Source: an uncultured Bacilli bacterium (GTDB lineage Bacteria; Bacillota_I; Bacilli_A; RF39; UBA660). Taken from it: a stretch of DNA of 64,000 nt. Made by a program: the position numbers and the translations under genes. Below the pieces are notes generated by a model. It did not search any database, was not told the origin of the DNA, and saw only the letters and a program-made list of their open reading frames with translations. Below, in pieces: positions 9,208-19,219 of the stretch. Position 1 is the stretch's first letter. The number at the start of each line of letters is the position of its first letter. Where the stretch lies: assembly GCA_934101185.1 (NCBI GenBank), contig CAKOQD010000002.1, forward strand, positions 11,554 to 75,553, given 5' to 3'.

Positions 9208-11325
9208 ATGAAAAAAACATTCGAATACGACTTTCGCGGTCGTAAGATAATAGTAGAAGTAGGACAATTAGCAAAACAAGCAGCATCATCTTGCTTAGTA
9301 AGATATGGAGATACAGTAGTATTAACTGCAGTAACAAATGGAAAAGAGCCAACCACTGGAGACTTCTTTCCACTTATGGTATTATATCAAGAAAAACAAT
9401 ACTCAGTAGGTAAAATACCAGGTGGTTTCATAAAAAGAGAAGGAAGACCAACAGAAAATGCAACCCTTGCTGCTCGTCTAATCGATAGACCAATTAGGCC
9501 ACTATTTAAAGAAGGATTCAAAAACGAAGTACAAGTAATAAATACAGTACTATCAGTAGACACAGCAAACTCACCAGAAATGACAGCATTATTTGGATCA
9601 AGTCTAGCACTAACAATAAGTGATTTACCATTTCTAGGACCAATCGCCTCAGTAGTGGTGGGAAGAGTAGACGGAAACTTTGTAATAAACCCAACACCAG
9701 AACAACAAGAACTAAGCGATATCTATCTTACAGTCGCAGGTACAAAAGATGCAATCAACATGGTTGAATCATCAGCAAAAGAAGTATCTGAAGAAGATAT
9801 GCTTGACGCATTAATGTATGGACATGAAGCAATCAAAGAATTAATAGCGTTCGAAGAACAAATAAAAGAAGAAATTGGAAAACCTAAAAAAGACTATCCA
9901 ATCATTAAAATAGACGATGAAATAAACTCAAAAGTAAGAGATATGATTACTGTTAAAATGCTAAACGCCATTCAAATTGAAGAAAAACTAGCACGTCAAG
10001 ATAAAATAGATGAACTAAAAGAAGAAGTACGTGAAAAATTTAAAGAACTATATAAAGATGATGAAAATTTAAATGATATTATAAAACAAGTAAACGAAGT
10101 ACTCGAAGCAATCGAATATGAAGAAATAAGAAGACTAATAACAGAAGAAAAAATTAGACCAGACGGAAGAAAAGTAGATGAAATTAGACCATTATCATCT
10201 GAGGTAGATATCTTACCGCGTACACACGGATCAGCACTATTCACAAGAGGACAAACACAAGTACTTAGTATTACAACACTAGGTTCAATAAGTGAATACC
10301 AAATACTAGATGGACTATCAGACGAAGAAGGAAAAAGATTCATGCATCACTATAACTTCCCACAATTCAGTGTCGGAGAAACAGGAAGATATGGTGCTCC
10401 AGGAAGAAGAGAAATAGGACACGGTGCCCTTGGAGAAAAAGCCCTATCACAAGTTCTTCCATCCGAAGAAGAATTCCCATACACAATAAGAGTAGTATCA
10501 GAAGTATTAGAATCAAACGGTTCATCATCACAAGCTTCAATATGTGCAGGATGCATGTCACTAATGGCCGCAGGTGTACCAATAAAAGACATGGTCGCAG
10601 GAATAGCCATGGGATTAATAACAAATAACGATAAGTATACAATACTAACCGATATTCAAGGAGCAGAAGACCACTTCGGAGACATGGACTTCAAAGTCGC
10701 AGGGACTAAAAAAGGTATATGCGCTTTACAAATGGATATCAAAATACAAGGAATTACAAAACAAATACTACAAGAAGCATTACAACAAGCTAAAAAAGCA
10801 AGATTTGAAATCCTAGAAAACATGAAAACAGCAATAAGTGAACCAAGAAAAGAATTATCACCATATGCACCAAAAATAAAACAAATGAAAATAAAAGAAT
10901 CACAAATAAAAGATGTAATTGGACGTGGTGGTGACGTAATCACAAAAATTATTCAAGACTCAAGCAACGTAATAAGCGTTAATGATAAAAATGCCATTAA
11001 AATAGACATCGAAGACGATGGAAGAATAATTCTATACCACAGTGATTACACTGTAATAGACAAAGCAATAAAAATGATCGAAGACATAACAAGAGAAGTC
11101 GAAGAAGGACAAATATACACTGCTAAAGTAGTAAAAGTTGAACCATTCGGATGCTTCGTTGAAATATGGCCAGGTTGCGAAGGACTAGTACACATCTCTA
11201 AACTATCAAAAGAAAGAGTAGAAAAAGTTGAAGACGTAGTAAAAGTTGGAGACGAAATAGTAGTAAAAGCAATCGGAACAGACAATAAAGGAAGATTAAA
11301 CTTCTCAAGAAAAGATGCAATGTAA
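9208..11325 (+). CDS. pnp: Polyribonucleotide nucleotidyltransferase (PNPase)
   Basis: 705 aa. Two RNase PH domains, KH and S1 domains. Classical rpsO-pnp synteny. Confidence 0.97.
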   Translation: MKKTFEYDFRGRKIIVEVGQLAKQAASSCLVRYGDTVVLTAVTNGKEPTTGDFFPLMVLYQEKQYSVGKIPGGFIKREGRPTENATLAARLIDRPIRPLFKEGFKNEVQVINTVLSVDTANSPEMTALFGSSLALTISDLPFLGPIASVVVGRVDGNFVINPTPEQQELSDIYLTVAGTKDAINMVESSAKEVSEEDMLDALMYGHEAIKELIAFEEQIKEEIGKPKKDYPIIKIDDEINSKVRDMITVKMLNAIQIEEKLARQDKIDELKEEVREKFKELYKDDENLNDIIKQVNEVLEAIEYEEIRRLITEEKIRPDGRKVDEIRPLSSEVDILPRTHGSALFTRGQTQVLSITTLGSISEYQILDGLSDEEGKRFMHHYNFPQFSVGETGRYGAPGRREIGHGALGEKALSQVLPSEEEFPYTIRVVSEVLESNGSSSQASICAGCMSLMAAGVPIKDMVAGIAMGLITNNDKYTILTDIQGAEDHFGDMDFKVAGTKKGICALQMDIKIQGITKQILQEALQQAKKARFEILENMKTAISEPRKELSPYAPKIKQMKIKESQIKDVIGRGGDVITKIIQDSSNVISVNDKNAIKIDIEDDGRIILYHSDYTVIDKAIKMIEDITREVEEGQIYTAKVVKVEPFGCFVEIWPGCEGLVHISKLSKERVEKVEDVVKVGDEIVVKAIGTDNKGRLNFSRKDAM

Positions 11326-11450
11326 TCTTTTCTTTTTTTGTAAACAAAATGTAAACAAACGTAAAAAACACATGTAAAATATACATTTTTTTCATTTTTA
11401 TTAAGGAATCCTATAATAATATGCGTTCAATATATACGAGAGGTGATAAA

Positions 11451-12638
11451 ATGAAAAAAATTTTCATAACAATATTGCTTGTTTTAATACCACTAAATGT
11501 ACAAGCAATAAATAATCAAACAACATTTAGTGAAACAAAACTATGCAAATACTATAAAGAAACCAAAGTATTTACAAACTACACAATCGAAGGAGAAAAC
11601 CCCAAAGAATATCCATTCAAAAGCAATGAACAAATTATAAAAAAATATGAAACAGAAATAAAACCAGAAGAAAAACCAAATAGAATAATACAAGAAGAAA
11701 CATATAATAACTATAATCCAATAAAAAAAATAAATAGAATAGTAACAAGATACGATATGGTTGGACTAGTCTATGAATTAGAAATCTATGAAAAAGATCA
11801 AAAACTAGACTATACACTATCATCAAACAATGATAACCAATATAAACATATAAATGACAATCAACTAAATCTATATGATAAAATAAATCTCAATTTTATA
11901 GATATCAATCTATCCCACGAAGTAGATCCATTAGATATAACTATAAAAATATACTTACGTAGATATTTTGATACTTTAGACATTTATACATACTTATTTC
12001 CAAAAGAATACACAAAAAAATTTAACATTATAGAAATAAAAAAAGAATATGATTACATAAATAATAGTAAAAAGATAACATTCGAAGATGATTACGAAGT
12101 AAGACCATATGAGATAAAAATAACACAAGAAGACATAAAAACATATAAATATAGCGATGAAATAATAACAACACAAGAAGAATTAGAAACACCACTATAT
12201 AACAAACTACCAAGTGCTAAAAAATATAAATATCAAGATACACTATTTAAATACTACAAAATAGAAAAAGAATACCAAGAAGGATACCATAAAACACTCG
12301 ATGGATACATAAAAGATGAAACAAAATGTATTAGTTCGTTCTCAGAACAAAAAAATAATATATTTGAAAAAATACCAGTAACAAAAAAGTTGCAAGCAAG
12401 TATCAAAGTAGACGCCAAAGAAGAAAAAACAGATACAAATACAAAAGAAATAACCAATACTAGTAATCTATTAGTATACAAAAAACAAATAAATACTAAA
12501 AAAGAAAATAATTTGTCGTACAAAGAATCAAAGAAAAAAACAAAAACCAACAAAATATTATACATACTCCCTGTTATAATCTTAAGCATAATATTCCTAT
12601 TAGGATATTTACTATATAACTTATTAAAGGAGAGATAA
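11451..12638 (+). CDS. Hypothetical exported protein with N-terminal signal sequence and C-terminal TM anchor
   Basis: MKKIFITILLVLIPLNVQA signal-like N-terminus, C-terminal ILYILPVIILSIIFLLGYLLY. RBS gagaggtga. No family recognised. Confidence 0.55.
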   Translation: MKKIFITILLVLIPLNVQAINNQTTFSETKLCKYYKETKVFTNYTIEGENPKEYPFKSNEQIIKKYETEIKPEEKPNRIIQEETYNNYNPIKKINRIVTRYDMVGLVYELEIYEKDQKLDYTLSSNNDNQYKHINDNQLNLYDKINLNFIDINLSHEVDPLDITIKIYLRRYFDTLDIYTYLFPKEYTKKFNIIEIKKEYDYINNSKKITFEDDYEVRPYEIKITQEDIKTYKYSDEIITTQEELETPLYNKLPSAKKYKYQDTLFKYYKIEKEYQEGYHKTLDGYIKDETKCISSFSEQKNNIFEKIPVTKKLQASIKVDAKEEKTDTNTKEITNTSNLLVYKKQINTKKENNLSYKESKKKTKTNKILYILPVIILSIIFLLGYLLYNLLKER

Positions 12639-12639
12639 A

Positions 12640-12975
12640 ATGTATAACATTGATATGGAATTTGTAAAAGGCATATTCATCATAAGACTAAGTGGAATAT
12701 TCAACAAAAATGCTTGCAACCAATTAGAACAAGATCTAGAACAATTAATAATAAAAAATGGTATAAAATATTTACTAATTAACCTAGAAAGCATTAAAAA
12801 AATAGATGCAAAAGCAATAGAAATAATCTTTGATAACTATATGAAACTGATAAAAAGAAATGGAAAACTAATAATATGTGGAATAAATAATCTATTTGAA
12901 AACAATAACATAATAACAAACAATCTATTACAAATAAAAGAAGAACAAGAAGTATTTGATTATGTAACACTATGA
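12640..12975 (+). CDS. spoIIAA: STAS-domain anti-sigma-factor antagonist (SpoIIAA-like) lacking the phosphorylatable Ser
   Basis: 111 aa. Aligns by eye with B. subtilis SpoIIAA; LNLEDLSFMDSSG corresponds to INLESIKKIDAKA here. Lies in the spoIIA-spoVA synteny. Confidence 0.65.
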   Translation: MYNIDMEFVKGIFIIRLSGIFNKNACNQLEQDLEQLIIKNGIKYLLINLESIKKIDAKAIEIIFDNYMKLIKRNGKLIICGINNLFENNNIITNNLLQIKEEQEVFDYVTL

Positions 12976-13616
12976 TAGATTTAAATGAATTAATAATACA
13001 AAATGAACCACTAATTTATTCCGTTATAAATAGATACAAAGAATATTTTGACATTGAAGACCTGTATCAAACCGCCGCAATTGGACTAATAAATGCCTAT
13101 AAAAACTATAAAAATGATAAACAAACCAAATTCTCATCATATGCCTATTTCTACATGAAAGGAGAAGTAAAAAAATATATAAGAGAAAGCAATACACTAA
13201 AAATAAGTAAAGAACTAATAAAACTAAACACATGTATAACAAAAGCTAAAGAAATTCTATATCAAAAACTAAATAGAGAACCAACTGATTTTGAATTATC
13301 ACTATTCTTAGAAATAGATGAAAGCCAAATAGCAAATGCTAAACTAGCCACATCATTAGTAGAATCTCTAGATAACGACATTGATGATGATTTATACAAC
13401 AAAATAGGATACATCCAAAAAGAATACGAAGGAGAAATACTAGATCTAAAAACAGAAATAAATAATCTGAAAGAACTAGAAAAACAAATAATAATATCAA
13501 GATATGAAGAAGGTTTAACTCAACAAGAAGTATCAAAACTATTAGGAATAAATCAAACTAAAGTATCAAGAGAAGAAACAAAAATATTACAAAAATTAAG
13601 AGATAGGTTGACATAA
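12972..13616 (+). CDS. sigF: Sigma-70 family sporulation sigma factor, divergent SigF-like
   Basis: 214 aa. Regions 2 (YQTAAIGLINAYKNY) and 4 (LTQQEVSKLLGINQTKVSR). Its start overlaps the STAS stop codon (ATGA). Followed by spoVAC/AD/AE. Confidence 0.65.
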   Translation: MIDLNELIIQNEPLIYSVINRYKEYFDIEDLYQTAAIGLINAYKNYKNDKQTKFSSYAYFYMKGEVKKYIRESNTLKISKELIKLNTCITKAKEILYQKLNREPTDFELSLFLEIDESQIANAKLATSLVESLDNDIDDDLYNKIGYIQKEYEGEILDLKTEINNLKELEKQIIISRYEEGLTQQEVSKLLGINQTKVSREETKILQKLRDRLT

Positions 13617-13669
13617 CCTATTTTTTGTATGAAAAAATATAAAAAAACCATAATAAAAATGGTGATAAA

Positions 13670-14113
13670 ATGAAACAAGAAAACTATGAAAAAATAGTAA
13701 AAACAAATCTACCAGATGAAAATAAACTGTCCAATGCCTTAATAGCTTTCTCAGTTGGAGGACTAATCGGAGCATTCGGGAACTTCCTAATAGAAATATA
13801 TTCATATCTATTTGAAATATCAAGAAACGACTCAGCAGTATTTATGATTATAACCCTCATCTTTATTGCATGCCTCTTAACAGCCATCGGAGTATTTGAT
13901 ACCTTTGTAAAAACAGGAAGAATGGGTCTTATAATACCAATAACAGGATTCGCACACTCTATGCAAAGTGCAATACTAGACTATAAAAACGAAGGTTTAA
14001 TCTATGGATTTGGTTCAAACATCTTTAAATTAGCGGGCTCAGTAATTCTATATGGAGTAGTATCATCATACTTCTTTGCTCTTATAAGATTCCTACTAGG
14101 AGTCGCCCTATGA
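13670..14113 (+). CDS. spoVAC: Stage V sporulation protein AC
   Basis: 147 aa. NALIAFSVGGLIGAFGN and a 4-TM pattern typical of SpoVAC. Confidence 0.88.
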   Translation: MKQENYEKIVKTNLPDENKLSNALIAFSVGGLIGAFGNFLIEIYSYLFEISRNDSAVFMIITLIFIACLLTAIGVFDTFVKTGRMGLIIPITGFAHSMQSAILDYKNEGLIYGFGSNIFKLAGSVILYGVVSSYFFALIRFLLGVAL

Positions 14114-15105
14114 CATTTGAATTTAATAACGTATACATAAAAAACACCTCAACAATATCAGGACCAATCGAAGCAAAAGGACCACTAAATAAATACTTTG
14201 ATAAGACTTATAAAGACTTTTATATAAATAGTAAATCATTAGAAAAATCAGAAGTAAACCTTCAAAAAGAAAGCATAGAAACTCTAATAGATAAAGAAAA
14301 TATTACAAAAGAACAAATAGATATATTAATATCCGGAGACTTACAAAATCAAATAACAGCATCATCATATGCAGCAAAAGACTATGAAATACCATTCATC
14401 GGAGTCTATAGTGCCTGTGCAACATCAACACAGTCAATAATACTTGCATCAACTATTCTAGAAAGCAAAAAAGCAAAAAACATTATATGTACAACAAGTT
14501 CAAATAACCTAGTATCAGAAAAACAATTTAGAAATCCAGTAGAATATGGTGCACCAAGTCCTAAAACAAAAACATTCACATCAACCGGAGGAGCATCAAT
14601 ACTATTAACAAATGAAAAAACAAATATAAAAATAACATCTGGTACAATAGGAAAAATAATAGATCTAAACCAAAATGATCCAAACCATATGGGAGCAGTA
14701 ATGGCACCAGCTGCCGCAGATACAATATATAATCATTTAAAAAACAACAATGAAAAAGTAAGCGATTATGATCTAATCCTAACCGGAGACCTAGGAATAT
14801 ATGGAAAAAAGATACTAAAAGAATACATGGACCAAAAATACAAGATAAAACTAGGGGAGAACTATGATGACTGTGGAACAATGCTATATGACATAAAAAA
14901 CCAAAAAGAAATAACCGCTGGGGGATCAGGACCAGTCTGTAGTGCCTTAGTAACCTATGGATACATATACAACGAAATGAAAAATAAAAATCTAAAAAAA
15001 GTTTTATTCGTAGCAACCGGTGCACTATTCTCACCAACATTCATATATCAAAAACAAAACATTCTATCAATTGCCCATGCAATAACAATGGAGGTGGTAA
15101 AATGA
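14110..15105 (+). CDS. spoVAD: Stage V sporulation protein AD
   Basis: 331 aa thiolase-like fold. STISGPIEAKGPL near the N-terminus. Translationally coupled to its neighbours. Confidence 0.88.
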   Translation: MTFEFNNVYIKNTSTISGPIEAKGPLNKYFDKTYKDFYINSKSLEKSEVNLQKESIETLIDKENITKEQIDILISGDLQNQITASSYAAKDYEIPFIGVYSACATSTQSIILASTILESKKAKNIICTTSSNNLVSEKQFRNPVEYGAPSPKTKTFTSTGGASILLTNEKTNIKITSGTIGKIIDLNQNDPNHMGAVMAPAAADTIYNHLKNNNEKVSDYDLILTGDLGIYGKKILKEYMDQKYKIKLGENYDDCGTMLYDIKNQKEITAGGSGPVCSALVTYGYIYNEMKNKNLKKVLFVATGALFSPTFIYQKQNILSIAHAITMEVVK

Positions 15106-15452
15106 GTTATATAACATCATTTCTATTCGTAGGGATACTATCTCTAATAGCACAATTAATATTAGATAAAACCAAACTATCCGCAGGACACATTACCAGC
15201 ATGTTCGTAGTAATAGGCTCATTCCTAGACACATTTAGTATATATGATAAAATAATACAACATGTTGGCGGAGGGGCACTAGTACCAATAACAAGCTTTG
15301 GTCATTTACTAATACATGGCGCACTAGAAAGAACCAATCAATCCGGTGCAACAGGTATCTTAATGGGAATGTTTGACCTTACTGCAACAGGAATAACAAG
15401 CGCAATTATCTTTAGTTTTGTATTTGCACTTATATTTAAACCAAGAAACTAA
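15102..15452 (+). CDS. spoVAE: Stage V sporulation protein AE (AEB-type)
   Basis: 116-aa membrane protein, FLFVGILSLIAQLILDKTKLSAGHI. Confidence 0.85.
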   Translation: MSYITSFLFVGILSLIAQLILDKTKLSAGHITSMFVVIGSFLDTFSIYDKIIQHVGGGALVPITSFGHLLIHGALERTNQSGATGILMGMFDLTATGITSAIIFSFVFALIFKPRN

Positions 15453-15525
15453 AAATAACGCAAGTTATTTTTTCTTTGTAATAACAAGAAAATATGATAT
15501 AATTATACATGTTAAAGGTGATTAT

Positions 15526-16242
15526 ATGGAGTATAATTTTAAAATAAACGATTTCGAAGGACCACTTGATTTACTATTACACTTAATAAAAGAACAAGAT
15601 ATGGATATTATGAACATTGAAATAGTAAAATTAACAGACCAATATTTAGACTTCATAGATAATATGAAAGAAAAAAATCTAAACATTGCATCAGAATATC
15701 TAATACTTGCATCAGAATTAATGTACATCAAATCGAAAAGTCTCCTTCCAAATATAAAAGATGAAGAAGAACAAGAAGAACTAACAGAACTAAAAGAAAA
15801 CTTAATAAATAGATTATTAGAATATGAGCAATATAAAAAAATAACCCAAGACTTCAAAGAACTCGAAGAACAAAGACATGAATTCTATACTAAGTCTCCA
15901 TCTAATCTAAAAGAATATATTGATCCCAAACAACAACTATCTGATGATATAACACTCGAAGACTTATTAAAAGCATTTCAAAACTACTTAAAAAGACAAC
16001 AAATAAAAAAACCAATTACTACCAAAATAACAACAAAAGAAATATCAATCGAAGAAAGAACAAAATCTATAAAAAATATCTTAAAAACAAAAAGAAAAGT
16101 AGAATTCTTTGATCTATTCGAAGATATATCAAAACCATATGTAGTAGTAACATTTCTTTCAATCTTAGAAATGGCAAAAAATAATGAACTAAAAATAACA
16201 CAAGAAAATAACTTTGATAAAATATACTGTGAGGTGGCGTAA
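15526..16242 (+). CDS. scpA: Segregation and condensation protein A
   Basis: FEGPLDLLLHLIKEQDMDI N-terminus. ATG at 15526 is used rather than the in-frame upstream track start. Confidence 0.9.
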   Translation: MEYNFKINDFEGPLDLLLHLIKEQDMDIMNIEIVKLTDQYLDFIDNMKEKNLNIASEYLILASELMYIKSKSLLPNIKDEEEQEELTELKENLINRLLEYEQYKKITQDFKELEEQRHEFYTKSPSNLKEYIDPKQQLSDDITLEDLLKAFQNYLKRQQIKKPITTKITTKEISIEERTKSIKNILKTKRKVEFFDLFEDISKPYVVVTFLSILEMAKNNELKITQENNFDKIYCEVA

Positions 16243-16805
16243 TGAAATCAGTACTTGAAGGACTACTATTTATAACCGGAGATGAAGGATTAACAATTAA
16301 AGAGATAAGCGAAGTCCTAGAAATAGAACAAGATGATGCACTTGAACTAATAAACGAACTAAAACAAGACTACTCAAATGAAGAAAGAGGAATAATGATC
16401 CAAGACTTTGCAGGAAAATATAAACTAACTACAAAAAAAGAACATAAAACCTACTATGAAAAACTATCGGAACTATCAAGCAATAAAACACTTTCACAAT
16501 CAGCACTTGAAACACTAGCAATAATAGCATATAACCAACCTATAACTCGTTTAGAAATAGATGAATTAAGAGGAATCCAATCAAGTCAAATGATTAGAAA
16601 CCTAATATCAAGAGACTTAGTAAAAGAAGTAGGAAGAAAAGATGCAGTAGGGAAACCAAGACTATATGCCGTAACAGATGAGTTTTTAGACTATTTTGGA
16701 TTAACATCATTAAATGAACTCCCTACAATAGAAGTAGAAGAATCAGATGACGTTGAACTATATAATTCAAAATACAAAGAAGAGGAAGAAATAGAACAAC
16801 TATAA
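16242..16805 (+). CDS. scpB: Segregation and condensation protein B
   Basis: LEGLLFITGDEGL and ALETLAIIAYNQPITRLEIDELRG motifs. Coupled to scpA. Confidence 0.9.
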   Translation: MKSVLEGLLFITGDEGLTIKEISEVLEIEQDDALELINELKQDYSNEERGIMIQDFAGKYKLTTKKEHKTYYEKLSELSSNKTLSQSALETLAIIAYNQPITRLEIDELRGIQSSQMIRNLISRDLVKEVGRKDAVGKPRLYAVTDEFLDYFGLTSLNELPTIEVEESDDVELYNSKYKEEEEIEQL

Positions 16806-16904
16806 TTTTCTACTTTTTAATGAACAAATCTTCAAAAGATGTGATATAATAAATATATCTTATCTTGAAAAAAGGCAAGAAATAGAACAATTATAGTTCT
16901 TTAT

Positions 16905-16991
16905 GCCTGCGTGGCGGAATTGGTAGACGCGCTGGACTCAAAATCCAGTGGTAGCAATATCGTGTGGGTTCGAGTCCCACCGCAGGCACCA
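16905..16991 (+). tRNA. tRNA-Leu, anticodon CAA, with encoded CCA
   Basis: Hand-folded cloverleaf. Acceptor gcctgcg/cgcaggc, D-arm gcgg-aattggtaga-cgc, anticodon stem ctgga/tccag with loop ctCAAaa, long variable arm, T-arm gtggg-ttcgagt-cccac, discriminator A plus CCA. Confidence 0.9.
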
Positions 16992-17002
16992 TTGACGAAT
17001 CT

Positions 17003-17057
17003 GTTCGAACTATTCGAACTTTGATATATATAATCAATCGAAAGATTGGTTTTTTTC
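17003..17057 (+). terminator. Two stem-loops downstream of tRNA-Leu, the second with a T-run
   Basis: gttcgaa-cta-ttcgaac hairpin, then atcaatc-gaaa-gattggt followed by T7. Confidence 0.55.
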
Positions 17058-17094
17058 TGTTTTCAGGAAGAAATCATAGGAAAGGTTGGTGTCT

Positions 17095-17370
17095 ATGATT
17101 AATGTAATCAAAAAAGAAATTGATATGGAGAAATCTTTAAAGAAACGATTAGAGATTATATGTGATTTTTGTAATACTACTCCAACTATTATAAATGGTA
17201 GTATTCGTAAAATTGATAAGACAAATTTGAATTATATCGAACCACATAGAATAATTATCAATAACATAATGTTTCTTGCTTTTAATTATTCTAATGAAAT
17301 CTATATCAATAATTTAAGCAAAAAGATTAAAATATCAGAACTTGAAAACTACATAAAAACTATGAACTAA
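17095..17370 (+). CDS. Small orphan protein, island paralog family A (copy 1)
   Basis: 91 aa. RBS aggaaagg. 65 of 90 residues identical (hand alignment, no gaps) to the ORF at 19220..19492. Confidence 0.6.
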   Translation: MINVIKKEIDMEKSLKKRLEIICDFCNTTPTIINGSIRKIDKTNLNYIEPHRIIINNIMFLAFNYSNEIYINNLSKKIKISELENYIKTMN

Positions 17371-17704
17371 TACTTATTCCCTACAAATAGGTAATAGACA
17401 AAATAAGAAAAATGTTGTATTATGTAATTGATTTACAAAGACTTATTTTGAGAAGTAAAAGTATTAGTTTGTAGTACCCTTACTTCTCTTTTTTTGAAAA
17501 TTAGAAAAAGGGAGATGATAATTAATGTATGATGATGTAAAGAAGATACTTTTAACGAATTAAAAGATAAATACAATTTTAGCAAAGAACACGATGATAA
17601 AGGAAAAGATGATTTTAAGATAGAAATTTAATTAAAAATGTTGATTTTATTAAAAAAATAATGTATAATAGTAAGTCCTTAACAGATTGGGGGGGAAATT
17701 TATC

Positions 17705-19012
17705 ATGTTAAAAGAAAAAAAATCAGTGTTTTTGATTTATGATAAAAAAATAGCACCACGTTTCAATAAGTTATTATCTGAAAATTTAGAAATTGAAACT
17801 GAACTTGAAGATTATGGATGTAATAAACTTGTTTCAGTTTCGGTTGAAGATTATCAAAGAGCTTTAGAGGAAGGTCTCAACATTTCAAATCTAAATCATT
17901 GGGATATGAGTTGGGTAAATGCTTATAAAGAGCCAAGACCAGTTGGATATATTAATGTAATGTATAGTAGTTTACCAAAAACAAGAGAAGCCAGTTCTTT
18001 ATGGGAATCATTTGAATTACCTGATCATTGTCCTATTGATATTAAAGAATATATTGAGAAATTACAAGCATTTTTAGGTGGACGCCCTATAAAAATTAAA
18101 TACAATAGTTCTGATAATGCAATAGAGTTTTTAGTTAAAGGTTCATTAGAAGATTATGAACTTGTAAAACAACAATGTGAAGGATTTAATTATGTTATGA
18201 AAAATTCACCTTTTATTAAAACTACATTTTTAGAAAAAGATGGAACTTTAATTAGAACTGAAAAAGAAGAGAAAAAAGAAGAATCAAGCCTTAAATCTTA
18301 TTTTAATGAATCTATGTTTGTGGATGGTTTATTAAGACCAGAAGGTTCTAATATTGCACCAAAAACAGATACTGACCAAGATTTAACAACAGGTTATAAA
18401 TATAATAGTTGTAGATTTGGTGCTAGAGATTTTGATATCAGTTCTGTTGGGATTTATGATTTGACAGAAAGTATTCAAGGAACATTCCTTATTTATGAAG
18501 AAAAAGATTATAATCACTATTGGAATAATGAAAAAGATGAACAAACGAGTTGTAAATCAATAATGCCTTTCACTATGCTAGATAATGGTAGTTTTGAAAG
18601 TAAAGTTACTATTCAAGATGGAGAAACAGTAGTAGTAAACACAAGTGTAAATGTTATTAGAAATATAGTCGGTTGTAATTTTGATGGTAAGAGTGTAAGA
18701 GATGGATTGTTTTCTGGACTTGCACATGAAGATTGTAGAGGTAATTTTGAATTAAACGAATATTATAAAACAATTTCTAATAGAACAAGATTACTTCATT
18801 ATTCTAAATCTTCTGGTTTCTTTGAGGTGTATGAATTGCCTAATGGATGGGTTGTTGAAGATGGAATCTCAAAGTTAGAATATCCAAAGGTATTTGATGA
18901 TGTAGATTTTGATAAGCAAGATAAGGATCTAGAAGAAATTAATGGTATTTTAGCATCACGAACTAATAGCAAAATTATGTCTTTAGTTAAAAGAATTGAT
19001 AATAGCAAGTAA
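17705..19012 (+). CDS. Orphan 435-aa protein, no recognisable domain
   Basis: Long uninterrupted ORF with island-type codon usage. ATG at 17705 is 9 nt after a G7 tract that acts as the Shine-Dalgarno. Strong terminator follows. Confidence 0.7.
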   Translation: MLKEKKSVFLIYDKKIAPRFNKLLSENLEIETELEDYGCNKLVSVSVEDYQRALEEGLNISNLNHWDMSWVNAYKEPRPVGYINVMYSSLPKTREASSLWESFELPDHCPIDIKEYIEKLQAFLGGRPIKIKYNSSDNAIEFLVKGSLEDYELVKQQCEGFNYVMKNSPFIKTTFLEKDGTLIRTEKEEKKEESSLKSYFNESMFVDGLLRPEGSNIAPKTDTDQDLTTGYKYNSCRFGARDFDISSVGIYDLTESIQGTFLIYEEKDYNHYWNNEKDEQTSCKSIMPFTMLDNGSFESKVTIQDGETVVVNTSVNVIRNIVGCNFDGKSVRDGLFSGLAHEDCRGNFELNEYYKTISNRTRLLHYSKSSGFFEVYELPNGWVVEDGISKLEYPKVFDDVDFDKQDKDLEEINGILASRTNSKIMSLVKRIDNSK

Positions 19013-19032
19013 AAATTTGCTATTATTTTTTT
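19002..19032 (+). terminator. Intrinsic terminator after the 435-aa orphan
   Basis: atagcaa / ttgctat stem overlapping the stop codon, followed by a T-run. Confidence 0.7.
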
Positions 19033-19040
19033 AAATTTTA

Positions 19041-19190
19041 TGGTAATATATATTTAGTGATTGATTCTTATATCAATCGTTGCGGTAAAAAGTTGTAGAT
19101 AACTACGACAATGGCACCATTGGGAAATCTGCTCGAACTATTCGAACTTTAAATATATGAATCAATCAGAAATGATTGATTTTTTCGTTT
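19041..19190 (+). repeat. tRNA-acceptor-end-like element, copy 2 (promoter, hairpin, minihelix ending GGCACCA, hairpin, terminator)
   Basis: TGgTAATAT extended -10. gattgat-tcttat-atcaatc hairpin. gttgtag-ataa-ctacgac hairpin then aatGGCACCA (19113-19119). Downstream is alignable by eye to the region after tRNA-Leu. Confidence 0.6.
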
Positions 19191-19219
19191 CTTGAAAAAA
19201 TCATAGAAAGGATTTGTCT

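Noticed and set aside
11339-11359. Tandem TGTAAACAAA repeats upstream of the 11451 / spoIIA-like operon as possible Spo0A boxes
   Set aside because: They do not match the 0A-box consensus TGTCGAA. A convincing sigma-H -10 element could not be found by eye.
14576-15040. 154-aa minus-strand ORF inside spoVAD, and similar antisense ORFs (1455..1820, 5342..5698, 7482..7781, 9996..10343, 12254..12589, 60637..60978, 62205..62630)
   Set aside because: All are shadows of well-supported + strand genes. They are Leu/Phe/Ser-rich from complementing A-rich codons, and none has an RBS or a recognisable family.
17525-17631. Short ORF MYDDVKKILLTN with an RBS, whose +1 frame continues DTFNELKDKYNFSKEHDDKGKDDFKIEI
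   Set aside because: It could be a frameshifted remnant of a small acidic protein. It is too short and has no recognisable family, so it cannot be supported.
19059-19119. Whether the GGCACCA-containing elements are real tRNA or pseudo-tRNA genes
   Set aside because: They have no D-arm, no 7-nt anticodon loop on a 5-bp stem, no T-loop consensus (TTCRANY) and no full 7-bp acceptor stem. Only the acceptor-end-like part is present. They are therefore reported as repeats, not tRNAs.
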